Shown piece by piece: positions 37,489 to 49,385 of a stretch of DNA of 64,000 nt. The notes beneath the pieces are model-generated. The model saw only the letters and a list, made by a program, of their open reading frames with translations, did not search any database and was not told the DNA's origin. Each line of letters begins with the position of its first letter. Position 1 is the stretch's first letter. Origin of the DNA: Octopus sinensis (lineage: Eukaryota); assembly GCF_006345805.1 (NCBI RefSeq), contig NC_043014.1, positions 49,228,001-49,292,000 of the forward strand. The letters run 5' to 3'. Position numbers and translations under genes: made by a program.

Positions 37489-37682
37489 TTGCCCCCCTAG
37501 CATTGCTTGACAACCAATCCTGGTGTGTTTACGTCCCCGTCACTTAGTGGTTCGGCAAAAGAGACCGATAGAATAAGTACTGGGCTTACAAAGAATAAGT
37601 CCTGGGGTCGAGTTGCCCGATGAAAAGCGGTGCTGCAGCATGGCTGCAGTCAAATGACTGGAACAAGTAAAAGAGTAAAGAG
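37226..37682 (+). mobile_element. SINE family A with 32-bp flanking direct repeat
   Basis: TATATATACGGCAAAAAAGCAGAAAGTGATCA at 37192-37223 and 37683-37714. Confidence 0.9.
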
Positions 37683-37989
37683 TATATATACGGCAAAAAA
37701 GCAGAAAGTGATCAATTCCTCTGAGAATATCTCAACCGCTGCTTTTCGGTTGATTATGGTCCCTGTCAGTATGTGTGTATACAATTGTGTGCTTTGCTGC
37801 AGCATTAGAGTGTTTAGCTCTTATTTCTAGCAATGTAAGTGTTTATAACACCCTTAGTCATATTTAATGATGTTTATAGTTTTCCTTTTTGATACACATT
37901 GCTTACTGCAGGCTAAATTAATTATATATATATAAACACCCACAAAGTTATCAACCACCTCACCAACAACAACACTGAACACCTTTTTG

Positions 37990-38235
37990 ATCTCCATGTG
38001 TCTAACACACGTGGACATGCCTACAAAGTCAGAAAACAACACAGCTCCCATGACTTTCGGAAACATTTTTTCACGCTCAGAGTTGCTGAAGCATGGAATA
38101 AACTGCCTGCGTCAGTTGTTGACTGCCATGACACTGCATCCTTTAAGGCCCTCATGCTTTCCGAAATCCGCCGAAACTACACCTGATTATATATACACTT
38201 TAGATGAGTTGTAGTGCACCTGAGCACTTTACACA

Positions 38236-38262
<27 letters not shown>
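37990..38262 (+). mobile_element. CR1-type LINE 3' end
   Basis: TRGHAYKVRKQHSSHDFRKHFFTLRVAEAWNKLPASVV is a CR1 ORF2 C-terminus; (ATT)n tail; a tail fragment also occurs at about 33225-33280 (minus). Confidence 0.85.
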
Positions 38263-38294
<32 letters not shown>

Positions 38295-38572
38295 TAAATT
38301 AGAGATAAAACCACTATTAGGCAAATCAAACTGTGAAAATCATAAGCCAATACATAGAAATAAAATTAATTAAAAAAAAAATAAATTCCAAATTAAAATA
38401 TTTAAATTAAAGTTAAAATTAAAAAAATTATTTAAATAATCTAAACTTATAAATTATAAATTTTAAATATATATATTTATTATTATTATTTTATTTTATT
38501 TATTTATTTATTTTTTAAATTTAAATTATATAACTATCAAAAAGTATTAAAAGTTTAATATAAGATAAAGAG

Positions 38573-38604
<32 letters not shown>

Positions 38605-38829
38605 TACACATTATATGTTTATACACACATATATACATACACATGATGTGCTTCAGCAATCAGGCCGTGGCCCTGTTGATGCATAGTCATATATATTAAT
38701 GAATAATTCATGACTTTTTCTTGTGGAGGGGTGGGGCAGTGGGTAGGAGTGGTGGTTAATTAATTAATTATCTTCTCTGGTACAGAATGTTTGCTTGCTC
38801 ATTAAATCTTTTGTTGTTTCCATGAATGA

Positions 38830-39380
38830 CCTCCACCTCTTGCTCCACCACCACCACTGCTGTCACTACTACTACCACCACTACCACCACCACCACCACC
38901 ACTGCTGTCACTACTATTACCTAATATTATTTCTGTTTAATCTCTGTCCTTCCTTAAACCTCCATACACTCCAGTTTGCCTCCACCATCACTCCCACCCT
39001 GACACCCCTGCCACCGTCACCACCACAACCATCGCCATACTGCAACCACCACCACCACCTCCACAACCACTACTGCCACCACCACCACCACTACAACCAC
39101 ATCTGCCACCACAACACCACCACCACCACCACAACTGCTGCTGCCACCACCTCCACATCCACTGCTACCACCACCTCCACCACAACCACTGCTGCCACCC
39201 CACCACAACACCACCACCACCATCACCACATCCACTGCTGCCACCACCACTACTACTACCACCACTACTACTACCACCACCACTTCCACCATCACCACCA
39301 CCACAACCACTGCCACCATCACCACCACCACCACCACAACCACTTCTACCACCGCCACCCCCATCACTACCACCACCATG
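38830..39380. repeat. (ACC/ACT)n cryptic trinucleotide tract
   Basis: Low-complexity His/Thr ORFs; ends about 40 bp before the next exon. Confidence 0.9.
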
Positions 39381-39418
39381 TACTCTATAATCTATCTCCA
39401 CTTCTCTCTCCTTCCCAG

Positions 39419-39520
39419 ACCTCCAGGCCACCACGCCCTCTACAATGAGTTCTGCGGTTATTGTTATCTCAACAATGTAGGAATCGCTGCTGCCCATGCT
39501 TTATCAAAGGGAGTTGAAAG
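39419..39520 (+). CDS. HDAC10: HDAC10-like coding exon 6
   Basis: (R)PPGHHALYNEFCGYCYLNNVGIAAAHALSKGVE(R), with the catalytic His pair. Confidence 0.97.
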
Positions 39521-40099
39521 GTAAGAATTTATCATAAATAAGGCCCTAGGGTCAATAAAGGACCTTATTAATAAAACATTTTGTTTCTTATCTAGACACT
39601 GTGTCTCCAATTATTGTAATTAAGGATTTCGGCCCTAAAGTTTTTAATACATACATATTCAAGAGTAAGTTAAGTATTTTATTAAGGTGTAGGCATGGCT
39701 GTGTGGTTAAGGAGCTTGCTTCCCAACTGCATGGTTTGGGGTTCAGTCCCACTGTGTGACGCCTTGTATGTAAACTTGGTAAATGGAAATTGAAAGAAGC
39801 TCATGGTATATGTGTGTGTGTGTATGTATATATATATATATATTTTTTAATATTTTTTTACTACCCACAAGGAGCTAAACACAGAGGGGACAAAAAAGGA
39901 CAAACGGATTAAGTTGATTACATCGATCCCAGTGTGTAACTGGTACTTAATTTATCAACCCTGAAAGGATGAAAGGCAAAGTCGACCTCGGCAGAATTTG
40001 AGCTCAGAACACAGCGGCGGATGAAATGCTGCAAAGCTTTTCGCCTAGCGTGCTAACGTTTCTGCCAGCTTGCCGCCTTTAAGTGTGTGTATGTATATA

Positions 40100-40259
40100 T
40101 AGGTGTAGGAGTGGCTGCGTGGTAAGTAACTTGCTTACGAACCACATGGTTCCAGGTTCAGTCCCACTTGGGCAAGTGTCTTCTACTATAGCTTCGGGCC
40201 GACCAAAGCCTTATGTGTGGATTTGGTAGACGGAAACTGAAAGAAGACCATCGTATATA

Positions 40260-40298
<39 letters not shown>

Positions 40299-40510
40299 GT
40301 GTGTATGTTTGTGTGTCTGTTTGTCCCCCCAGTATCGCTTGATAACCGAAGTTAGTGTGTTTACGTCCCTGTAACTTAGCGGTTCAGCAAAAGAGACCGA
40401 TAGAATAAGTACTAGGCTTACAAAGAATAAGTCCTGGGGTCGATTTGCTCGACTTAAAGGCAGTGCTCCAGCATGGCCACAGTCAATTAACTGAAGCAAG
40501 TAAAAGAGTA
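40100..40510 (+). mobile_element. SINE family A
   Basis: Near full-length copy. Confidence 0.85.
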
Positions 40511-40902
40511 TATATAGAGATAGATATATATACACCAACATAAAAAAAACACTTCCATCATGAATGACCATGGAATTGTATCTAGGAAGTTCCCCTCCGG
40601 AACACAAATCCAGGCAAGATTGCTTATACAAGACGAGCAGTTTTCCATGCATACCAGCCTCCCCTCTCCGTGCCACTGGTGTTATTCAAAGGGAAATGCC
40701 AATACAGGTTGGCACCAGTGATGTCGCAACTCATTTCTACAGCTGAGTGAACTGGAGCAATGTGAAATAAAGAGTCTTGTTCAAGAACACAACACACAGC
40801 CCAGCCTGGGAATTGAACTCACTACCTCATGAATGTAAGCCGAATGCTCTAACCACTGAGCCATGTGTCTTCACCTTCATATACACCTACATATATACCT
40901 AC

Positions 40903-41216
40903 ACGTGGAGGTGCAATGGCCCAGTGGTTAGGGCAGCGGACTCGCGGTCGTAGGATCGCGGTTTCGATTCCCAGACTGGGCGTTGTGAGTGTTTATTGAA
41001 CAAAAACACCTAAAAGCTCCACGAGGCTCCGGTAGGGGATGGTGGTGATCCCTGCTGTACTCTTTCACCACTCTTTCTCTCATTCTTTCTTCTGTTGGCC
41101 TGCTCGCTTAGCCAGTGGGGTGGCGTCATTTGAAGGCTAAAGCAATGCGAAGTGCACTGTGACCAGCGATGTGTAACAACATCTGTTGGCCTGGTCGGTC
41201 ACGGTCACGGTGATAT
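40903..41216 (+). mobile_element. SINE family D (tRNA-derived head)
   Basis: TGGCCCAGTGGTTAGG A-box and GGTTTCGATTCC B-box; further copies on the minus strand at about 42960-43135, 58600-59097 and 59125-59277. Confidence 0.8.
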
Positions 41217-41328
41217 ACCTACATATATAGCATGATATTTCACTGTTGTAGACTTGTGTCCCATAATCAAATACGCAGTTATGCTGACTTTGTGTTTTGT
41301 AATTGATTATCCTTTTGTTAATTAACAG

Positions 41329-41397
41329 AATCCTGATTGTTGATTGGGATGTTCATCATGGCCAGGCCACACAGTACAGTTACTATGACGATCCGCA
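41329..41397 (+). CDS. HDAC10: HDAC10-like coding exon 7
   Basis: [22 protein letters not shown](H), with the Zn-binding D-x-H motif. Confidence 0.97.
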
Positions 41398-42312
41398 GTA
41401 AGTAACAACAGATAGATTAATTTACTGTTTCTTGTTTAACCCTAGGTCTGTCCTCATCCAGCAGACCATTGACCAGTGACATTTTTAGCTGTAACTGTCA
41501 CACCTCATGGTGTATTATATAACTTTTTCTAAAAATATTAGGATATAAAGTGGAGGAAATTTGGCTGCTATTTCTAGCAGGTTGAGCGATCATGTTGAGA
41601 AATTAAAGTGAACCTCTTTTTGCCCAGCTTGTTTGAATTAAAACTTTTGTTTGTCAGAGACGTGGCTGTGTGGTTAAAATGTTTGAATTGCAGCCCTATG
41701 GTTTCAAGTTCAGTTCCATTGGCTGATATTTTTCATGGCACCAGCTAAAGTGAGATCACCAAATAACTCACAACTTTGCAATATTTGTTCCCACCCTCTC
41801 TGTTCTGAGTTCAAATCTTATTACGGTCAAGTATTTCTTTTGTCCATTTGAGGTCAATAAAATTTATACCAATTTTGTTGTGGGTATCACTTTAAGATGT
41901 ATCTAGTGGTGGAGCCCTGGTTCAGGAATTCCTGAGTTTTGAGAAGTATGGGAGCATTTCTTAGATACACACATTCACACACATACAGATACACATATTC
42001 GCACAAACATGCACACACATACACACACACACACAGATACCCCCCTACACGCAAACACAATGATGTAATCTTTACATCTTCTTTACTAATTTTTTATATT
42101 TCTTCATTCATTTACACATCCATACATACACATACAAGTTCATATATACATGTACACACATATTGATGTAATCCCTTTTGCTCATACATACACACATACA
42201 CACTCACACACACACACACACACACATACAAACATTGATGTAATTTTGTCTCCTTGTTGTTCTTCTACGTGTGTCTTATATATATATATCAATTTTAATC
42301 AACATGGATATT

Positions 42313-42353
<41 letters not shown>

Positions 42354-42388
42354 TAGTATAACCCTGTCTCCTTGTCTTCTTCTACCAG

Positions 42389-42515
42389 TGTCTTATACTT
42401 CTCCATCCACCGTTACCAAAATGGACAATTCTGGCCCTGTTTACGACAATCTGACTACGACTTCGTAGGGAAAGGTCCTGGGCTTGGCTTTAACATCAAT
42501 GTTCCTTTAAACAAG
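42389..42515 (+). CDS. HDAC10: HDAC10-like coding exon 8
   Basis: VLYFSIHRYQNGQFWPCLRQSDYDFVGKGPGLGFNINVPLNK. Confidence 0.97.
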
Positions 42516-43361
42516 GTAAGGATCATCATCATTATCATCAATCACATCATCAATCATTATATTCATCATTAAGGAGGCAAGCTGGCAGAAATGTTAGCAC
42601 GCCGGGCGAAATGCTTTGCCGTATTTCATCTGTCTTTACGTTCTTAGTTCAAATTCCGCCAACGTCGACTTTGCCTTTCTGGGTCGATAAATTAAGTACC
42701 AGTTACACACTGGGGTCAATGTAATCGACTTGATCCCTTTGTCTGTCCTTGTTTTTGCCCTCTATCTTTAGTCCCTTGTGGGCAATAAAGAAATAAGAAC
42801 CGTTAGCACACCGAAATGCTTAGCGGTATTTCATCTATCTTCACATTCTGAGTTCAAATTCTGCCAAGGTCAACTTTGTATTTCATCCTTACATGGTCAA
42901 TAAATTAAGTACCAGTCAAGTACTGGGGTTAATATAATTGACTCATCCCCTCCCTCAAAACAGAAAATTGTGGTGAAAGAGTACAGCAGGGATCACCACC
43001 ACCCCCTGCTGGAGCCTCGTGGTTCTTTAGGTGTTTTCGCTCAATAAACACTCACAATGCCCAGTCTGGGAATCGAAACTGCGATCCTACGACCGCGAGT
43101 CCACTGCCCTAACCACTGGGCCTTTGCGACTCCACTCATCCTATACATACCTGTATATACACAGTATTTACAATTTATACACAGCTTTATACACCCCTGT
43201 AGATTTCCATATACACCTCTATGCACACTGCATTTACCTGTATAAATGCATGTTATTTACTCTCTATGCACCCTGTTCTTTGTAGCTCTTTGCTCCTCTG
43301 TATACACCTCTTTACACTCTATATACATATTCTAGAACACTGGTATGTTCTTTATTTCCAG

Positions 43362-43427
43362 ATTGGATTAACAGAATCAGATTATCTTGCCATCTTCCAT
43401 CATATTTTGATGCCAGTTGCCTCTGAG
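43362..43427 (+). CDS. HDAC10: HDAC10-like coding exon 9
   Basis: IGLTESDYLAIFHHILMPVASE. Confidence 0.95.
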
Positions 43428-44290
43428 GTAAGCTATCACTCATTTCATCTCCTTGTCTCTTTGAATTGACATCAAATGTATATTAAAAATATGTACTGGT
43501 CAGCTAACAGGGTATACATTGCAGGTCGACTGACAGGGTATGTATGTATCTGTCTATCTATCATTATATATATATTCTTTTATTCTTTTACTTGTTTCAG
43601 TCGTTTTGACTGCGGCCACGCTGGAGCACTGCCTTTAGATGAACAAATCAACCCCAGGACTTATTCTTTGTAAGCCTAGTACTTATTCTATCAGTCTCTT
43701 TTGCTGAACTGCTACGTTTCAGGGATGTAAACACACCAGCATTGGTTGTCAAGTGAGGGGACAAACACTAGACCACATGTGCACTAAACCACATATGTGC
43801 ATATACTTACATTTTTGTGGATGATTGTATGAGCAAGTGTGCATGCGCCATGCAATTTGCGCAAGGGCATTTATACATGCATATTTGTTAACGATTATTT
43901 TTAATACTTTTCTCATTGTATTGCGTGTGTACCAATGTACACATACAATGCACTCATATATATGTTACTTAAACAACAATCTAATTTCCATGAGTATGGT
44001 TATTTGATTGACTATGCTCATATGAAGATTTAGACGTTTATCGTGTTACCACAAAAAACAGGAATGGAACTAAAATCATGAGCCTGAAGGCAGCCATTTT
44101 CGCATGTGTTGTTCAGAAAGGTATTCAAACAGAACACAAAGATAAGAGTTTTCTTCAAACTTTCATTTCATATTACAAAAACACATTCAAACACTGAATA
44201 TTTTAAAAGAAAAGCAGGCTTGGTTTTTGCCAGTTGATGATTAGAAACGAGAAATTCTCTTTACTGGAAATTGGGGTCTTTCAGTTTTAA

Positions 44291-44509
44291 CTCTTTCGTT
44301 ACCAGCCCAGCTGAAACCGGCTCTGGTTCTGAGTACAAATGCCTTGTTTTCATAAGTTTTGAATTAAAATCTTCCACCAAACCTTAGTCACAATTTATGT
44401 TCCTAACACTAGCTGAATGATAACTAAGTTATTTTACTAAATTCTTTCTTATATTTAAAGTAATTGAAAGAAACACAGAGCATCTCAAAATAATACGGTA
44501 ACGAAAGGG
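44291..44509. mobile_element. piggyBac-type MITE
   Basis: TTAA flanks; same family as 11642-11860. Confidence 0.8.
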
Positions 44510-44936
44510 TTAATGTATTAAAGAATATTCTACGTTTGTATTGTATCCCATAATTTATTGTTTATAGTGAATCAACTGAGATTTATATTTACTGTTATAT
44601 ATTTTGTGTGTGTTCGTGTTGATATTTTTCTAGCCTTATAATTTAAGGTCTAAGGAGGATAACTCTTACTGTTATTAGTTGTTAATTTTTACTTTTTCGT
44701 TTTCCATTTTTTAACCTTCCACGTTTTCTATATGCTTCCTTCTCAACTGTTCACATTTCTTCTCCAATTCAATTTTTAGTTTGTTATGATATGTAGTTTG
44801 TGATGAATATGTTTGAGGTATTTCTCAAACATATAATACTATTAGTTGCACATAAAAACATGTATTATATCTATTAAATAATATTTATCTCTCACCAGGT
44901 GGAGTACTTTTTTGTTGATCTTACTATCACAGAACA

Positions 44937-44992
<56 letters not shown>

Positions 44993-45191
44993 CGTTATCT
45001 TCTCCATTTTCTTCTTTGCCTTATAAATTCTGGGTAAACTTTTGTTTACCTCCACTCATAACTATTATTCAATTGCACTATTGCCTTACAACAGTAAGCA
45101 TTTGGATATAAATACATAGGTATACATTCCAGTAGTATATAGGAAATTTATTATCCCTCAGATGGTTGTTTAACCTCTAACTCATACAGAC

Positions 45192-45225
<34 letters not shown>

Positions 45226-45230
<5 letters not shown>

Positions 45231-45424
45231 CAAAATAAGCAACAAGTATATCTTCGGTAATTTGGTACGATCGTTTCATGCTACTTTTATTAAACATTGT
45301 AAGTATTACATCAGTTTTAAAATGTTGAGCAATCTTCAGCCATTTATAGAAGTCTTTCATCAAACGGACAATACACATACTTATTTTCATTTTGTTTGCC
45401 AACATTGTTGCTTATTTTGATTAT
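45226..45424. mobile_element. About 200-bp element with 20-bp inverted ends and an internal hammerhead-like motif (Penelope-like relic or MITE)
   Basis: ATAATCAAAATAAGCAACAA (45226-45245) and TTGTTGCTTATTTTGATTAT (45405-45424); minus-strand CTGAAGA...GAAACGATCGTA at 45339-45266. Confidence 0.55.
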
Positions 45425-45519
45425 AATCACCCCATGGATATATATGGATAATACCATACAAAATTCTGGTGCCTCTGACTTAAGTACCGTATTCATCTGA
45501 ATCTAAATTTTGCTGAACT

Positions 45520-45551
<32 letters not shown>

Positions 45552-45905
45552 ACTTAGATTTCAGGCAGTATAGGCCCAGGCCATGTCTAACTTAATAGCA
45601 TCACTGATTAATTAAGTTCTTAATTATTTTCAAAATTTATTGAAGCAAAGGCAGTATATTTCAACAGAAATATGGTAAAAAAAGAAAGCGGTTAAATCTA
45701 GAATGGTTTTTCCATGGTCTAAACTCTTTAGTTTTTCCCCTTGATATTCTCTAACCAAACTACTTGCTGAGAAAGACAAGTGCAACACTGAAATATAAAT
45801 AAATGTTATTGATGACCAAACTTGTATAATTAATGTAATTATTTTCTGCTTGTTTGTTTGTTTTAATTCTGTGTACATTTGTTATATTGTGATGTTCGAT
45901 TTCAG

Positions 45906-45965
45906 TTTGATCCTCAATTGGTTTTAATATCCTCTGGTTATGATGCAGCCCTTGGATGTCCTGAG
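45906..45965 (+). CDS. HDAC10: HDAC10-like coding exon 10
   Basis: FDPQLVLISSGYDAALGCPE, with the third Zn ligand and a Glu at the gatekeeper position. Confidence 0.97.
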
Positions 45966-46116
45966 GTATGCTGTTGAGTCATCTGCTCATCATTAAAACC
46001 TTCTCTCTGTATATATCTTACTCAGCTAAACATCAGTAATAACTATTATTAAAGAAGATTAATGTATTACATACATGCATACATACATATTTACATACAT
46101 ACATACATTTATATAT

Positions 46117-46996
46117 CTAGAGTGTGCAGTGAATAAACTGTCGTCTAAATTATGCAAAAATGAAAATAACACATCTCATTTTAACAGATATATTTATCAA
46201 AATTACATAAAAATATGTGAAATACTAAAGAATAAATTTATTCAATAAAATCGCCATTGGCTTCAACCACGACCTCCAGATGACTTCAGAATCTCCTGCA
46301 ACTCTTCTGAATGGTCTCCTTGTTTAAGTTGGTGAATGTTGCCATAATCCTTGCCTTCATCTTTGGTGTTACAAGGAGTTTTATTGGTCTCTCACTCAAC
46401 TATGCCCCACACATAATAATCAAGGGGGATGCAGTGTGGGGAGTTAGGTAGCTAGATGTTAGGGGTGAGGTGGTTGTAGAAATTGTCTGATATCCATGAC
46501 TTGGTTCTCCTGCTTGTGTGGCATGGTGCAGAGTCCTGTTGCCAGACTTAGGGTCTTCCAGCAGCCGCCCTCTTAACTCAGTACAGCATTACCTCCTCCA
46601 GTCACTTGATGTAAGCCTCCGTGTTGTGTCTGAGGCCATGTGGGAAGATGAATGTAGGAATAATGTTGCCATCACTAGTGATCACTCCAAACACCATGAT
46701 GTGGACTGGCTGTATTGTTTTTATCACTCTCAGTATATGTTTTAGGGACATGGTCAGCCAACAGTTGTTCTGTGTTCACTATCCATTTGTATTGGAGTTT
46801 CTGGTGTGAATGTCATGCAGTACAGCATGTCGTTTCCAAATTTCTGGCAGAGTGAATTGCGTCATGGTGCTGTTTTTCTCACAGAAGGTTCTCAACTGAT
46901 CCTACTATACTGTGTAGTTGACAAAATCAAAAAACAAACAATGCACATGCATGAAATTAAAAATATAATATGGCGACAATTTACCCATCACATATA
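46117..46996 (-). mobile_element. maT (DD37D) Tc1/mariner transposon relic
   Basis: VWQQDSAPCHTSRRTKSWISDNFYNHLTPNI*LPNSPHCIPLDYYVWG: 37 residues between the two Asp; several stops; degenerate TIRs. Confidence 0.85.
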
Positions 46997-47004
46997 TTTA
47001 TGTA

Positions 47005-47570
47005 TACCTTCCATTGATAAAAGCCAGCTTACTTGAAACATTGATGTCTGGGAGTCCTAATAGATGGCAACACCAAACAAATAGGGTATTTTCATACCTT
47101 TTTACCACGAGAAAAATATTTTCTCTGCGGTAACTGCAATGAATTTGCCTTTTAGCAGTTGAAATATATCACAAACATTTTAACTAATCTAAACTTTGCT
47201 TACATCTAAACACAGCTTTGTGCTAATATTTCGTTATTTTTTATGACTGGGTGATCCACCAGTGCAAATCAGTCAATGCTGTTGACTGTATTTTACATAA
47301 AGCCATTGCTTTATAAGATTTGTTCAAAGTTGCTTCTCATAGGTACCCTCCATTGATAAATACCAACTGGCTTGACACATCAATGTCTGGGAGTCCTAAT
47401 ATATGGTGACACTGAACAAATAAGGTGTTTTCACACCTTTTTACCATAAGAGAAATATTTTTCTTTATGGTAACTGCAGTGAATTTACTTTTTAGCAGTT
47501 GAAATATGCCACAAACATATTTTAACTAACCTAAACTTTGCTTATACCTAAACACTGCTTGGCACTAATA
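47005..47570. repeat. Diverged direct duplication of about 230 bp (period about 339 bp)
   Basis: TGTCTGGGAGTCCTAAT at about 47045 and 47384 with extended flanking similarity. Confidence 0.8.
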
Positions 47571-47579
47571 TTTGTATAT

Positions 47580-48322
47580 CTATATTAAATTCAAATTATG
47601 ATGAACGTAAACTAACAAACAAAGCGTTGAGATGTCTTAGAAAGTTAAAGAAGTAATTTTAAATTTTTAAACGCAGGATGATGCTAATCATATAGCGTGA
47701 ACAGGATAAGCTTCCCCTATTTTGCAGAAAAAAGTGTTGCTGGCCGGCTATGAGACATGAACTCACACCTCCGTGATTACGCATCGCAGTGCTCTAAACC
47801 ATTAATCTAAACCACACCACAAATTCTTCCACAAGTTTAAGATATATAGAAATCTCAATGAACATAAACAAACGAAGTTTGCTTTAGAAGCGTTGAGATG
47901 TCTTAGAAAGTTAAAGAAGTGATTTTAAATTCTCAAACGCAGGCAGGATAATGCTAATAATATAGCCTGAACAGGTTAAGCTACCCCTATTTTGCAGAAA
48001 AAGTGTTGGTGGCCGGCTATGAGACATGAACTCACACTTCTGTGATTACGCGTCGTAGTGCTCTGAACCATTAATCTAAACCACACCACAAATTCTTCTG
48101 CAAATTTTAAGATATATAGAAATCTCGCTTTATGAGACACTATCATACGTTAAATTCAAATTACGACGAACGTAATCAAACAAACGAAGTTTGCTTTAGA
48201 AGCGTTGAGATGTCTTAGAAAGTTAAAGAAGTGATTTTAAATTCTTAAACGGAGGATAATGCTATTAGCCTGAACGGGATAAGCTACCCCTATTTTGCAG
48301 AAAAAAGTGTTGGCAGCCGGCT
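47580..48322 (-). repeat. Head-to-tail array (about 2.6 copies, 266-312 bp) of a tRNA-headed unit
   Basis: GCGTTGAGATGTCTTAG at 47624, 47890, 48202; tRNA-like segments at 47742-47818 and 48011-48088 on the minus strand. Confidence 0.8.
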
Positions 48323-48465
48323 TATTCAGTTATCTATGTAGCTTGGTGGGATGGTGGACTTGGTAGGTAGCGCAGTGGACTGAATGCCTTGTCTTGTAGC
48401 ATTTTCCATTTGTTGTGTTTTGTGATCAAGTCTTTGTAACTAACAGTCAGTAATACTATCACCAT

Positions 48466-49385
48466 TTTGACACTTATTACCACCACCACCATTATTGTCA
48501 TCACCACCACACAACTACCACAACCTCTAGTTCCAACACCACCACCACCACAACTTCTGGTTGTAACTCCACCCCTACTGTCATCACTAACACCACCACC
48601 ACAACCTCTAGTTGTAACACCACCCCTACCATCATCACTAACACCACCACCACCACCACATCACAACAACCTCCAATCTCCTCACCATCCTCAATAACAC
48701 CACCACTACCACAACCTCTAGTTCCAAAACCACCAGCACCGCTGTCATTGCTAACACTACCACCAAAATCTCTAGTTGTAACACCACCCCTACCGTCATC
48801 ACTAACACCACCACCACCACCACCATCACAACCTCCAATCCCCTCCACCCATCATTGCTAACACCACCACCACCACCACAACCTCTAGTTGTAACACCAC
48901 CCCTACCGGCATCACTAACACCACCACCACCATCACAACAACCTCCAATACCTCCCACCATCCTCACTAACACCACCACTACCACAACCTCTAGTTCCAA
49001 CACCACCACCCCTACCGTCATCACTAACACCACCACCACCATCACAACCTCCAATCCCCTCCACCCATCATTGCTAACACCACCACCACCACCACAACCT
49101 CTAGTTGTAACACCACCCCTACCGGCATCACTAACACCACCACCACCATCACAACAACCTCCAATACCTCCCACCATCCTCACTAACACCACCACTACCA
49201 CAACCTCTAGTTCCAACACCACCACCCCTACCGTCATCACTAACACCACCACCACCATCACAACAACCTCCAGTTCCCCCCACCCATCATTGCTAACATC
49301 ACAGCCTCTAGTTCCAGCAGCACCAGCACCACCACTGTGAACATCACCACTACCACCACCAACCTTGACTATCTTCTACTACCAC
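48466..49385. repeat. (ACC)-based minisatellite with a 216-bp higher-order duplication
   Basis: 48855-49070 is nearly identical to 49071-49286 (72-aa period in the ORF track). Confidence 0.9.

Noticed and set aside
40903-40985. tRNA genes at SINE heads (also families A, B and E)
   Set aside because: A/B boxes are present, but there is no acceptor stem and each continues into a dispersed repeat body.
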